A stretch of DNA of 55,186 nt, taken from Prorocentrum cordatum (Eukaryota). Of this stretch, positions 40,281 to 53,375 are shown piece by piece (the first letter of the stretch is position 1; every line of letters starts with the position of its first letter). The notes beneath the pieces are model-generated. The model searched no databases. It was not told where the DNA came from and was given only the letters and a program-made list of their open reading frames with translations. Location: positions 62,001 through 117,186 of the forward strand of contig CAUYUJ010000179.1 of NCBI GenBank assembly GCA_963575745.1. The letters run 5' to 3'. Both the position numbers and the translations under genes were made by a program.

Positions 40281-40754
40281 GTGAGTCCGGCTGCTGCTCG
40301 CTCGAACGTCGAGTCTCGGTGGTTGGGGTGGGATGGTCAGTCCCCTGTCTGCCTGTGATTCTCCTGCATTTTTGTGGGCCGCCCAGCTTGCCTTCGCAAT
40401 CCTCCTCCTTCTTTCTGCTGCTGCTCTTTCTGTTTCTCCTCCTCCTCCTCCTCCTCCTCCTCCTCCTCCTCTATCCCTCTTCCTTGCAAATAGCTCAGAC
40501 GCGTCGATGGAGCGGGCCGGGCTTTTCGCCTGAGACTTCCTCGCCGTTTATATGATAATGCAAATCAGCTTTTGCAACATTTCCACTGATTGATTGCGGG
40601 TCGTTTTTAAAGTGTGGCTCTCGACTTGCTTTGAAACATTTTCAAGGATGGATGGTTGTTGTTTTTCACAATGTGGTTCTCGGTTTGACGCCGCGCATAT
40701 TCGTTTTCAAAGTTCCCAACGTTTCAAGGATAGTTTTTCTTCCTCCAAAAAAGT

Positions 40755-42575
40755 TCGCAGGGCCCAAGCATATGCACTTGTTAATCTCGCCGTTGTGGGT
40801 ATCGCCTTCGGTGGAGCTCTTTGTGGGTATCGCCGTTGTGGGTATCGCCTTCGGCACGAAGCGAGTAAAGGGTGTGCCAAAATGGGGCGGGGACGCATGC
40901 GGGCTCGGTGGCGCTCCATCTGGGGCCACGAAACGTGTGAGGGGTGTGCCAAATTGGAGGTGGCGGCATGCGAACGCCACCACTGGGGCCTTCGGTGGAG
41001 CTCTCCATGGATCCGAACGCCGCCACTGAGGCCTTCGGTGGCTCCCCATGGGGCCACGAAGCGCTGTGCTGGGTGGGGGAAGCGCATGCGGACAGCGCCA
41101 CTGGTGCCTTCGGTGGAACTCCCGCCACTGAGGCTTTCGGTGGCTCCCCATGAGGCCACGAAGCGCTGCATTGGGTGGGGGAAACGCATGTGGACACCGC
41201 CACTGGGGCCTTCTGTGGAGCTCCTCAGAGGGCCACGAAGCGCTGTAATGGGCCGAGGAACGGCATGCGGACACCGCCACTGGGGCCTGCGGTAAAGCTC
41301 CCTATGAGGCCACGAAGTGCTGTACTGGTTGGCGTAAACACATGCGGACACCGCCACTGGGGCCCTCGGTGGAGCTCCCCATGGGGCCACGACGCGCTGT
41401 ACCGTATGGGGAAACGGCATGCGGACACCGCCATTGGGGCGTTCGGTGGAGCTCCCCATGGGGCCACGAACGTTGCATTGGCTGGGGAAAACGCATGCGG
41501 ACATCGCCACTGAGGTCTTCGGTGGAGCTCTCTGTGGGGCCACGAAGCGTTGTACTGGGTAGGGCAAACGCATGCGGACACTGCCACTGGGGCCTTCGGT
41601 GGAGCTCCCTATGGGGCCACGAAACGCGTGCTGGGCGGGGGAAACGCTTGCGAACACCGCCGCTGGGGCCTTCGGTGGAGCTCCCTATGTGGCCACGAAA
41701 CGTTGTGCTGGGTGGGGGAAGCGCATGCGAATCATGCCACTGGAGCCTTCGGTGGAGCTCCCTATGGGGCCACGACGCGCGTGAGGAGTGTGCCAAAGTG
41801 GACTCGGGGGCGGCATGCGAATCATGCCACTGGGGCGTTCGGTGGAGCTCCCTATGGGGCCACGAAGCGTGCCAAAGTGGAGGGGGGCGGCATGCGAATC
41901 ATGCCACTGAGGCCTTCGGTGGAGCTCCCTATGGGGCCACGAAGCGTGTGAGGGGTGAGCCAAAGTGGAGGGTGGCGGCATGCGAATCTTGCATGTCACT
42001 GGGGCCTTCGGTGAAGCTCCCTATGGGGCCACGAAGCATGTGAGGGGTGTGCCAAAGTGGGGGCGGCATGCGAATCATGCCACTGGGGCCTTCGGCGGAG
42101 CTCCCTATGGGGCCACGAAGCGTGTGAGGGGTGTGCCAAAGTGGAGGGGGAACGGCATGCGAATCAAGCCACTGGGGCCTTCGGTGGAGCTCCCTATGGG
42201 GCCACGAAGCGTGTGAGGAGTGTGCCAAAGTGGACTGGGGGGCGGCATACGAATCATGCCGCTTGTGCCAAAGTGGAGGGGGGCGGCATGCGAATCATGC
42301 CACTGAGGCCTTCGGTGGAGCTCCCTATGGGGCCACGAAACGTGTGAGGTGTGAGCCAACGTGGAGGGTGGCGGCATGCGAATCATGCAAATGCAGCCTT
42401 CGGTGGAGCTCCCTATGGGGCCACGAGGCGTGTGAGGGGTGTGCCACAGTGAGGGGGGTGACAGGAGGAGGGAAGAGGGGGAGGCGGAGGAGGAGGAGGG
42501 AAGGAGGAGAGAAGATCTGGAGATGCGGGGTCTCTTCAAACAGAGGACCCAACTCAACACAGGATGGCTGGTTGT
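40755..42575 (-). mobile_element. Family B element B3 (degenerate ends) with a mixed ~77/~89-bp satellite
   Basis: Reverse-orientation 5' motif tctcttcaaacagaggacccaac...caggatggctgg (42531-42571), GAG tract, satellite core ccttcggtggagctccctatggggccacgaa, 3' motif cccaagcatatgcacttgttaat (40763-40785). Confidence 0.7.
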
Positions 42576-43365
42576 TCTCCTTTAAACAATCAGGGTTTTG
42601 GTGTAATTGTGCTGCTCTCGCATTAGCGCCGCTCGTACTCGCTTCAAACGTGTCCAACAGTTTCAAGGATTTGTACGGTCGAAGCCCCTGAAATTGTGTT
42701 CTGGCACGGTCCAGGATCGTCAGGACCTAACAGCCATTCTGATTCACGGTGTTGAAGTGCCAGGAGCGGCGTTCTGGCACGATTTCAGATTGTCAGGACG
42801 CAGCAGTCACGTTGATCCGCTGCGCGGAAGTCCCAGGACATGTGTTCTGGCACGGCTGAGTATTCTCAGGCGGTTGTCTTCTAATGGGCTACTTCCCACA
42901 GCGAACCTAACTTTCTTCAGGGACCTATGGAGAGGGAGCTTGGAGGGAGGGTGTATTGCAACATCGTTGATGCGTCTTGGATTTGCACTGGTCCTTCTCC
43001 TCCTTCTCCTCCTCCTCCTCCTTCCCTCCTGTTTCTCATCCATCTCCTTGTCGTCACACGGAAGCCTCAGGGGACCCAGACCTCTGGGCGCCTCCGACAA
43101 GAATCGCGGCCAGATCTGTTCCGCCACTGTCGGCGTGTTGAGCGGTCTCTGGCATCCCAGGATGGCGGATCAAGGCTGTGGATGAGAGGAAAACGAGGTC
43201 CCTTGGAAGAGGTCGAGAGATCCAACGACTCACGCCGTGGAAGAAACGACGACGTCGAAGGTCTGGGGTGGACCTTGTCGGCATCGTCGTCGTCATTATC
43301 CTCCTTCTGGCCCGCCTAGACTCGTCAGCCTCGAGCTAGTCGGAGCCAGATGAGGAAACATGAGC

Positions 43366-43445
43366 AGAGAGAGATAGAGAGAGAGAGAGAGAGAGCGAGA
43401 CAGCGAGAGAGAGAGAGAGAGGGAGGGAGGGAGGGAGGGCGGGAG
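43366..43445. repeat. (GA)n/(GGGA)n microsatellite
   Basis: Direct reading. Confidence 0.9.
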
Positions 43446-44640
43446 GGAGCTGCGTCCTTAATTTGTTTGGGCCGCCCCTCGCGCAAATTTCAACTGCCAC
43501 CACCTCCCCCCGTCTGCCGCCTCCTCCCCCAATCCGTCGTCCCGTCTCCCACCTCCCTACTCTCTCCTCCTTCTCTCCCTTCCACCTCGTACTCCACATC
43601 CTTTCTCCTTCGCCTCCTTAAATCTGCCACTACATCTGCTCATCTCCCTTCTCTTCTTCGTCTCCTTTGGCTTCCACCAGCAGCGACTCACTGGTGGATC
43701 GTGATCCCTTTTCCTCGTCTGCAGCTGCGGTGCATGTTGACTGCAGTGCCCCCCCAGTTGTTTGCACTTGTGGCCGCAGAACCGCTGCTGTACCCGTCAG
43801 TGGCGACACTGCTTCTCATCCCTCGCGTCGTCATCCTGATCGTCCTCAGCCCCTGTCTTCCGTAGTCACTTTATCTCGAGTGCAGGACCCGTTCGCGTCA
43901 GAGAGAAAGAGCCACTCGTGCATCCGAGCCCTTCATGTCGCCCTGCCTGGGCATTCCCGTGCAGGACTCTGCAGCCCACGACGGCCGAGGCCTTCCTTGC
44001 AGCAAGCCCGAGTCGCCGTGCGCAGTTACAGCAGGGGAGGCCGCGCATCTAGAGCCAAGGCTCTGCTGCTTCCTCGCTTACTCCTCCCTTCCTCCCCCTC
44101 CTCTTCATGTTCTCTCCCCTCCCTCACTCCCTCCTTCCATCCCTCCCCCGTTGTCTCCTATCCTCCTCCAAGGAGAACCCGGAAGGCCGAGCTGCGCGAC
44201 GACTCCACCACAGTTTCCGAATTGTCTGGGGAGAAACTGGCTGACGACCGGCCGTGGAACACAAGCGACTGTTGCCCGCTCCCAGAAGAGGACCTGGCGA
44301 CGGTGGTGCCGAAGGAGATCTTCGAGAGGAGGACCCTGGGAGGATCTCGGAGCATCTTGTCTCTTTCTTGATCTCCTCGGCGGCCCTTGTGGCCACGGAT
44401 GGACGCGGCTCGAAGAATTTGCTCGGATGGACTCCTGGAGGGCTCCAGGGACAGATCTTTGGCGGAGATTGGCTGGAGGAGGAAGGAAGGTGAGATGAGA
44501 GGCGAGAGGGACCATTCGCTTGTTAAGGCAAGCTATGAATTAAGATCAGAGTAAGGGGGCCGAACGGTCATTTTTAACGAACAGGTGAGAGCGGTCATTC
44601 TGAACGATCATGCGAGCAGGTAAGAGCGAACAGCCTTAAC

Positions 44641-44714
44641 ATGTTATTGTTGCTGCTGCTGTTGTGGTTGTTGTTGCTGCTGTTTTCTGTTGTTGTTGTC
44701 AATGTAGTTGTTGC

Positions 44715-44750
<36 letters not shown>

Positions 44751-44757
44751 CGTTGTT

Positions 44758-44808
<51 letters not shown>

Positions 44809-45125
44809 GCTGCTGCTGCTGCTGCTGTTGTTGTTAATGTTGTTGTCGTCGTCGTCGTCGTCGTCGTCGTCGTTGTTGTTGTTGTTGTTGTTGTGGTTGT
44901 TGCTGTTGTTGTTATTGTTGTTGTTGTTGTTGTGGTTGTTGTTGTTTTTGTATGTATATTTGTAGTCGCAGTAGTTGTTGTTGTTGTTGTAGTTGTTGTA
45001 GTTGTTGTAGTCGTTGTAGTTGTTGTAGTTGTTGTAGTTGTTGTTGTTGTTGTTGTTGTTGTGGTGGTGGTGGTGGTGGTGGTGGTGGTGGTGGTGGCGG
45101 TGGTGGTGGTGGTTGTTGTTGTTGC

Positions 45126-45156
<31 letters not shown>

Positions 45157-45157
45157 A
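44641..45157. repeat. (GTT)n/(GGT)n microsatellite
   Basis: Direct reading; preceded by the family C end motif gagcgaacagccttaac. Confidence 0.95.
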
Positions 45158-45189
45158 GTTGATCTCCCCTCACCGATAACCATTGCATT

Positions 45190-45569
45190 TTTCCCAACCG
45201 TCCTGTGGTGTTGGGTCCTCGTTTTGAAGAGAGCGCCCCGCGTTCCTCCTCCTTCCGCTGCCCCCTCCCTCCCTCCTCCTCCTCCTCCTCCTCCTCCTCC
45301 CCCTCCTCCTCCTCCTTCTCCTCCTCCTCCTCCTCCTCCTCCCCTCCTCCTCCTCTCATCATCATCATCAGCATCATCATCATCATCATCGTCATCATTA
45401 TCATCATCATCAGCAGCAGCAGCATCACCATCGTCATCATCACTATCATCGCCATCATCGTCATCGCCATCGTCATCATTATCATCGTTACTGTCATAGT
45501 CGTCACCATCATCACCATCATGGTCGTCATCCTCTTTCTCATCATCATCATGGCCGTCATCATCATCAT

Positions 45570-45619
<50 letters not shown>

Positions 45620-46775
45620 GCATCGTCATCCTCATCATCATTATCATCATCATTTTCGTCATCATCATCACTATCACAATCACCATCACCATCACCATCG
45701 CCATCATCACAATCATCGTTATCGTCTTCGTCGCCCCCTCACACGTTTCGTGGCCACATAGGGAGCGCCACCCAAGGTCCCAGTGGCGCAGTCCGCATGG
45801 CGGCGCCGCCCCATCTTGGCACACCCCGCACACGTTTCGTGGCCCAGTAGGGAGCTCCGCCTAAGGTCCCAGTGGCGCAGTCCGCATGGCGTCGCCGCCC
45901 GATTTTGGCACACCCTCACACGTTTCGTGGCACCATAGGGAGCTCCACCTAAGGTCCCAGTGACACGTCCGCATGGCGGCGCCGCCCCATCTTGGCACAC
46001 CCCTCACACGTTTCGTGTCCCCACAGGGAGCTCCACCTAAGGCTCCAGTGGCGCAGTCCGCATGGCGGCGCCGCCCCATCTTGGCACACCCTTCACACGT
46101 TTCGTGGAGGCGCAGTCCGCATGGCGGCGCCGCCGGATTTTGGCACACCCCTCACTATTTTCGTGGCCCAGTAGGGAGCTCCACTTAAGGTCCCAGTGGC
46201 GCAGTCCGCATGGCGGCGCCGCCCCATCTTGGCGCACCCTTCACACGTTTCGTGGCCCCATAGGGAGCTCCACCCAAGGTCCCAGTGGCGCAGTCTGCAT
46301 GGCGGCGCCGCCCCATCTTGGCACACCCCTCACACGTTTCGTGGCACCATAGGGAGCTCCACCCGAGGTCTCAGTGGCGCAGTCCGCATGGCGGTGCCGC
46401 CCCAACCCCTTCACACGTTTCGTGGCCCCATAGGGAGCTCCACCTCAGGTCCCAGTGGCGCAGTCCTCATGGCGGCGCCGCCCGATTTTGGCACACCCCT
46501 TACATTTTTCGTGCCCTCATAGGGAGCTCCACCTACGGTCTCAGTGGCGCAGTCCGCATGGCAGTGCCGTCCCATTTTGTAACACCCCTCACACGTTTCG
46601 TGGCCCCAGAGAGGGGCTCTACATCAGGCGCCGGTAGCAGCGCCCGCATGGCGGCCCCGCCCCATTTCGGCACACTCTTCACGCGCTTCGTGGCCCCATA
46701 AGGAGATCCACCGAAGGCGATACTAACAACGGCGGTATTCACAACTGCAGATGGTTGGGCCCTTCACCAGGCTAA
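45190..46775 (+). mobile_element. Family B element B4 with (CCT)n, (ATC)n and an ~89-bp satellite
   Basis: 5' ttttcccaaccgtcctgtggtgttgggtcctcgttttgaagag, satellite at ~45735-46720, 3' gcggtattcacaactgcagatggttgggcccttcaccaggctaa|tt. Confidence 0.85.
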
Positions 46776-46900
46776 TTCCATCAAGGTGCTTTTCCTGGGG
46801 CTCGCACCCGGTTTTTTACCATGGCAAGTGGGGTGTCACCAAACTGTGCCCCTGGCCCCCTGTTTACAACAACAACAACGGCTCCCATACCTTCACAGTT

Positions 46901-49852
46901 TTTTTCCAACCACCCTGTGGTGTTGGGTCCTCGTTTTGAAGGGACAGCGCCCCGCGTCACTCCTCCTCTCCTCTCCTCTCCTCTCATCTCCTCTCCTCTT
47001 CCTCCCCCTCCTCCTCCCCTCCTCCCTCCTCACATCCGCCTTGTCACCTCCCTGCGTTTCACCCACTCAGTAAAGCGATTCGTGGCCCCATAGGGAGCTC
47101 CACCGAAGGCTCCAGTGGCAGGGTCCGCATGCGTCAATGCCACTCAGGACAGCGTTTCGTGGCTCCATAGGGAGCTCCACCGAAGGCTCCAGTGGCACAG
47201 GCCGCCTGCGTCAACGCAGCCCAGGACATCGTTTCGTGGCCTCACCTGGAGCTCCACCGAAGGCTCCAGCGGCATAGGCCGCATGCGTTAACGCCACCCA
47301 GGACAGCGTTTCGTGGCCTCATAGGGAGCTCCACCGAAGGCTTCAGTGGCAGGGTCCGCATGCGTCAACGCCACCCAGGACAGCGTTTCGTGGCCCCATA
47401 GGGAGCTCCACCGAATGCTCCAGTGGCAGGGTCCGCATGCGTCAGCGCCACCCAGGACAGCGTTTCGTGGCCCGCTCCACCGAAGGCTCCAGTGGCAGGG
47501 TCCGCATGCGTCAACGCCACCCAGGACAGCGTTTCCCGCATAGGGAGCTCCACCGAAGGCTCTAGTGGCAGGGCCCGCACGCGTCAACGCCACCAAGGAC
47601 AGCGCTTTCTGGCCCCATAGGGAGCTCCACCGAAGGTTCCAGTGGCACAGGCCGCGTGCGTCAACGCCACCCAGGACAGCGTTTCGTGGCCCCATAGGGA
47701 GCTCCACCGAAGGCTCCAGTGGCAGGGTCCGCATGCGTCAACGCCACCCAGGACAGCGTTTCGTGGCCGCATCGGGAGCTCCACCGAAGGCTCTAGTGGC
47801 ACAGGCCGCATGCGTCAACGCCACCCAGGACAGCGCTTCGTGGTCCCCATATGAAGCTCCGTCGAAGGCTCCAGTGGCACAGGCCGTATGCGTCAACGCC
47901 ACCCAGGACAGCGTTTCGTGGCCCCATAGGGAGCTCCGCCGAAAGCTTCAGTAGCACAGGCCGCATGCGTCAACGCCACCCGTGAAAGGTTTTCGTGGCC
48001 CCGCAGGGAGCTCCACCGAAGGCTACAGTGGCACAGGCCGCATGCGTCAACGCCACCCAGGACAGCGCTTCGTGGCCTCATAGGGAGCTCCACCGAAGGC
48101 TCCAGTACCACAGGTCACATGCGCCAATGCCGCCCAGGACAGCGCTTCGTGGCCCGATGGGGAGCTCCACCGAAGGCTCCAGTGGCACAGGCCGCACGCG
48201 TCAACGCCACCCAGGACAGCGCTTCGTGGCTTTAAAGGGAGCTCCACCGAAGTCTCCACTGGCACAGGCCGCCTGCGTCAACGCCACCCAGGACAGCGTT
48301 TCGTGGCCCCATAGGGAGCTCCACCGAAGGCTCCAGTAGCACAGGCCGCATGCGTCAACGCCACCCAGGACAGCGCTTCGTGGCCCCATAGGGAGCTCCA
48401 CCGAAGGCTCCAGTGGCACAGGCCGCATGCGTCAACGCCACCCAGGACAGCGCGTTAACGCCACCCAGGACAGCGCTCTCGGGAGCTCCACCGAAGGTTC
48501 CAGGGGCACAGGCCGCATGTGCCAACGCTATCCAGGACAGCGTTTCGTGGTTCCTTATCGAGCTCCACCGAAGGCTTCAGTGGCACAGGCCGCCTGCGTC
48601 AACGCCGCCCAGGACAGCGCTTCGTGGCCCCATATGGAGCTCCACCGGAAGCTCCAGTGGCACAGGCCGCATGCGTCAACGCCACCCAGGACAGCGTTTC
48701 GTGGCCCCCATCCACCGAAGGCTCCAGTGGCACAGGCCGCCTGCGTCAACGCCACCCAGGACAGCGTTTCGTGGCCCCCATAGGGAGCTCCACCGAAGGC
48801 TCCATCCAGTGGCACAGGCCGCATGCGTCAACGCCACCCAGGACAGCGTTTCGTGGCCCCATAGGGAGCTCCACCCAAGGCTGCAGTGGCACAGGCCGCC
48901 TGCGTCAACGCCACCCACGACAACGCTTCGTGGCCCCACAGGGAGCTCCACCGAAGGCTCCAGTAGCACAGGCCGCCTGCGTCAACGTCGCCCAGGACAG
49001 CGTTTCGTGGCCGCATAGGGAGCTCCAGGCTCCAGTGGCACAGGCCGCATGCGTCAACGCCACCCAGGACAGCGTTTCGTGTCCCCCATAGGGAGCTCCA
49101 CCGAAGGCTCCAGTGGCACAGGCCGCATGCGTCAACGCCACCCAGGACAGCGTTTCGTGACCCCATAGGGAGCTCCACCGAAGGCTCCAGTGGCACAGGC
49201 CGCATGCGTCAACGCCACCCAGGACAGCGCTTCGTGGCCCCACAGGGAGCTCCACCGAAGGCTCCAGTAGCACAGGCCGCCTGCGTCAACGTCGCCCAGG
49301 ACAGCGTTTCGTGGCCGCATAGGGAGCTCCAGGCTCCAGTGGCACAGGCCGCATGCGTCAACGCCACCCAGGACAGCGCTTCGTGTCCCCCATAGGGAGC
49401 TCCACCGAAGGCTCCAGTGGCACAGGCCGCATGCGTTAACGCCATCCAGGACAGCGCTTCGCGGCCCCATAGGGAGCTCCACCGAAGGCTCCAGTGGCAC
49501 ACGCCGCATGCGTCAACACCACCCAGAACAGCGTTTCCTGGCCCCACCTGGAGCTCCACCGTTGGCTCCAGTGGCACGTGCCGCATGCGACAACGCCACG
49601 CAGGACAGCGTTTCGTGGCCCCATAGGGAGCTCCACCGAAGGCTCCAGTGGCACAGGCTGCATGCGCCAACGCCACCCAGGACAGCGCTTCGTGGCCTCA
49701 TGGGGAGCTCCACAGAAGGCTCCAGTGGCACAGGCCGCATGCGTCAATGCCACCCAGGACAGTGTTTCGTGGCCCCATAGGGACCTCCATCGAAACCGGT
49801 ACCCACCATGCGGTATTCGCAATTGCATATGGTTGGGTTTTTCGTCAGGCAA
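46901..49852 (+). mobile_element. Family B element B5 with a ~2.7-kb array of the 77-bp satellite
   Basis: 5' ttttccaaccaccctgtggtgttgggtcctcgttttgaag, CT tract, satellite at ~47075-49790, 3' gcggtattcgcaattgcatatggttgggtttttcgtcaggcaa. Confidence 0.85.
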
Positions 49853-50255
49853 GTTTTCCACAAATCGCGCTACCGCGTGGGAATTTCTAACATTCTATAG
49901 AGGAATCGCACTCTCGCGTGGGACTTCTTCACCATTTATTCAGACGTCGCGCCCTCGACACTCCGGAGTCGCACTCTCGCTGTGGATTTTCTTGCGGTTT
50001 ATTGGGGAATCGCGCTATCGTTTGAGAATTCCTCGCGATTCCTGCAGACGCATGCTTCAGCAACCCGCGTGCTCAACCTGACCGCTGGGGCCTGCCTTTC
50101 CGACCCGCCCGTTAGGGTCTACCCGCCCGATGTACCCGTCTGGTTCTGCGACGTGTTTTCAGCTCAGGATTCCTTAGCCCAGATTCTTTATTCAGGATTG
50201 CTCCCTTAGTAAGGATTCTTTACTAGGGTTTCCTGGTAAGGATTCCTTTCTAAAA

Positions 50256-51292
50256 TTCTTTACGCTTCGCGTATCCCCACCAGCCCATCTCAAAACAGCA
50301 ACTCTTGCGAAGCATGCCGAAAGTCGTGTTTTTCAGGCGTGTTTCCGCCTGCCCCCGCATATCTCCCCTGTTCCTCCTTCCTCCCGCCTCCTTGTACATC
50401 CTCCTTGTGGTGGGAGCGGGAGAAGGACGAGGCGGAGGAGGAGGGAGAGAAAGCGCTCCTCGTGGTTTGAGTCGTTTGGGGTTTCTTGTCCTGGTGTGAG
50501 TCGTTCGGGCCCTTCTTCCTGGTGTGAATCGTTCGGGCTCTTCGTGATGTGAGTCGTTCGGGCTCTTCGTCCTGGTGTGAGTCGTTCGGGCTTCTCGTGG
50601 TGTGAGTTGTTCGGGCCCCTCGTCGTCGTGTGAGTCGTTCGGGCCCCTCCTCCTGGTGTGACTCGTTCGGGCTCCTCGTGGTGTGAGTCGTTCGGGGCCC
50701 TCGTCGTGGTGTGAGTCGTTTTGGGAGCCTCTTGGAGGCCTTTTGGGGCGTCTTCGGGGCCTCTTGGCGGCCCCAGGGGCTTCTAGGAGCGTCTTGGGTG
50801 CCTTGGGGGAGCCTCTTCGGGCCTCTTGGGAGCCTCTTGGAGGCCGTTTGGGGCGTCTTGGGGGCCTCTTGGCGGCTCCAGGGGCTTCCAGGAGCGTCTT
50901 GGGTGCCTCGGGGGAGCCTCTTGGGGCCTCTTGGGGGCCTCTTGGGGGCATCTTGGGGGCCTCTTGGAGGCCTCTTGGGGGCTCTTGGAGGCCTCTTGGA
51001 GGCCTCTTGGAGGGGTCTGGGAGGAATCTTGGGGCCATCTGTCGGGCGATCGATCACAGATGGGGGGAGCACTTTTCTCCCTCCCCCCGTCGGGGCCAGA
51101 ATCCTCGTGAGGGGTGTCGTTTTTTAGCCCTCCGAGGAGTCGAAAAAGACCCCTCCGGCGACCCGCGGAGGGACCTTTCCAGGCCCAGGGGGAGGGGGTG
51201 GGGGAGGGGTAAACCCCTCCCCGAAGGGGAAGAAGGGGGGTTGAGAACAGAGCGGGCTCTCTAAACCACTCACGCCCAAAGGGCTGGTGGGA
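50256..51292 (-). mobile_element. Family A element
   Basis: Left: ttctt, hairpin tacgc-ttc-gcgta, IR cccaccagccc (50276-50286). Right: cacgcc plus gggctggtggga (51281-51292). Interior has a ~29-bp gtgtgagtcgttcgggc repeat and ggcctcttgg cargo. Confidence 0.8.
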
Positions 51293-51485
51293 TTTCATGA
51301 ACACGGATTTCTTATTATGGGCCTTGTAGTAAGGATTCCTTAGTCAGGGTCCGTTAGTCAGGATTCCTGATTAACGATTCCTTAGTATGGACTCTTCACT
51401 GAGGTTCCTTGAGTACTGATTCTTCACCACAGGGGTTCTCAGTAGGGATTCCTGACCAAGGTTCCCTGAGTAAGGATTTGTTAAA

Positions 51486-52411
51486 TTAGCCTGGCGAAAT
51501 ACCCAACCATAAGCAATTGTTAATACCGCAATTGTGGGCATCATCTTCGGTGGAGCTCCCTATGGGGCCACGAACCGTGTGAGGGGTGCGCCAAAATGGG
51601 GCGGGGCCGCCATGCGGACCCTGCCACTGGGGCCTTCGGTGGAGCTCCCTATGGGGCCACGAACCGTGTGAGGGGTGCGCCAAAATGGGGCGGGGCCGCC
51701 ATGCGGACCCTGCCACTGGGGCCTTCGGTGGAGCTCCCTATGGGGCCACGAACCGTGTGAGGGGTGCGCCAAAATGGGGCGGGGCCGCCATGCGGACCCT
51801 GCCACTGGGGCCTTCGGTGGAGCTCCCTATGGGGCCACGAACCGTGTGAGGGGTGCGCCAAAATGCGGGGCCGCCATGCGGACCCTGCCACTGGGGCCTT
51901 CGGTGGAGCTCCCTATGGGGCCACGAACCGTGTGAGGGGTGCGCCCCAATGCGGGGCCGCCATGCGGACCCTGCCACTGGGGCCTTCGGTGGAGCTCCCT
52001 ATGGGGCCACGAACCGTGTGAGGGGTGCGCCAAAATGCGGGGCCGCCATGCGGACCCTGCCACTGGGGCCTTCGGTGGAGCTCCCTATGGGGCCACGAAC
52101 CGTGTGAGGGGTGCGCCAAAATGCGGGGCCGCCATGCGGACCCTGCCACTGGGGCCTTCGGTGGAGCTCCCTATGGGGCCACGAACCGTGTGAGGGGTGC
52201 GCCAAAATGCGGGGCCGCCATGCGGACCCTGCCACTGGGGCCTTCGGTGGAGCTCCCTATGGGGCCACGGAACGCGTGAGGGATGTGCCGAAACAGAGAC
52301 ATGCGGAGGGCAGAGGCAAGGGGGAGGGAGGGGGCAGCGGGAGGAAGGAGGAGGAACGCGGGGCACCGTCTCTTCAAAACGAGGACCCAACACCACAGGA
52401 TGGTTGGGAAA
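51486..52411 (-). mobile_element. Family B element B6 with a homogeneous 89-bp then 86-bp satellite (~8 copies)
   Basis: ttagcctggcgaaatacccaaccat at left and aaacgaggacccaacaccacaggatggttgggaaaa at right. ORF periodicity is 89 then 86 nt. Confidence 0.88.
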
Positions 52412-53375
52412 AAAGGGTTTTTGTGTACGGGTTCCTTATTCACACTCCCTGAGTAAAGATTCTCTACTTTGGCCTAATATTCTTTATTGAGGGTGCCCCA
52501 ATACGGGTTCTTTATTAATGTTCCCGTAGGAAGGTTGTTTTCGACGGGTTCTTGAGTAGGGATTCCTTATTCGGGTTTCCTGAGTAAGAATTGTTTATCA
52601 CAAGGTTCTTTCGTAGGAATGCTTCAGGAAGGTTATCTTATTCAGGTTTCTTGACTCAGGTTTCCTTAGTAGGGATTCCTTACCTAGCTGTTCTTTCACA
52701 GATTTTTGTATTCAGGGTTCCTTAGTAAAAAGGGTTCCTACTTACGGCTGCATTAGTAAGGATTCTCCACGACGGGTTCCTTAGTAGGTATTCCTTATTA
52801 CGGTTTTCTTATGAGGGATTCTTCCCTAAGGGTTCTTTAGGAAGGATTCTAGTGTAAGAATACCTTGGTGAGGATTCTTCGATTTAAGGTTTCCTGAGAA
52901 CAGGATTGCTGATTAAGGTTTCCGTAGGAAGGATTCTTTATTGAGGTTTCCTTGGTAAGGATTCTCTAGTAAGCGTGCAGTTGATGCCCTGCCTGCGTGG
53001 GGGCGACATGGCCTCCCCAGAGGGGGCGTCAGAAACCCGAGGTGGGGGGAATAGGTGGGCCCGTTTTTTTGCCCTGCGTTCAAAAATCTGGCCAGAAGGC
53101 TGTGAGGTCTTCACAACGTTCGTATGCGGCCGCGCAGTCAAGCCTCCACAAAGGGAATTCTATTGCAATCCTCCTCTGCAAAACGGGATCATATTGAAAT
53201 CCTCCTTACAAGGGATCTTGTTGTAATCCCCCACAAACGGAATCGCATTGTAATCATCAACGCAAGAGATCCTGTTGTAGTCATCCACGAAAGGAATCCT
53301 ATCGTAGAATGGAGGGGTGGGCGCCGCAGGAACGAAAGGAGCGAAACACAGGAACATAAAGGACAAACAAGATAC

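Larger units (their letters stand above)
50160..53320. repeat. Degenerate AT-rich gattccttagtaag-type minisatellite that hosts two insertions
   Basis: ggattcctt/gggttcctt motifs at 50160-50255, 51295-51485 and 52415-52975; related opposite-orientation ~30-bp repeats at 53150-53310. Confidence 0.75.

Noticed and set aside
42600..44520. ORFs of 130-234 aa as possible genes
   Set aside because: They overlap pyrimidine tracts and a thrice-repeated gttctggcacg motif, and no protein family is recognisable.
44595..45864. 412-aa Met/Glu/Thr-rich ORF and overlapping ORFs
   Set aside because: Read-through of (GTT)n, (CCT)n and (ATC)n tracts spanning an element boundary.
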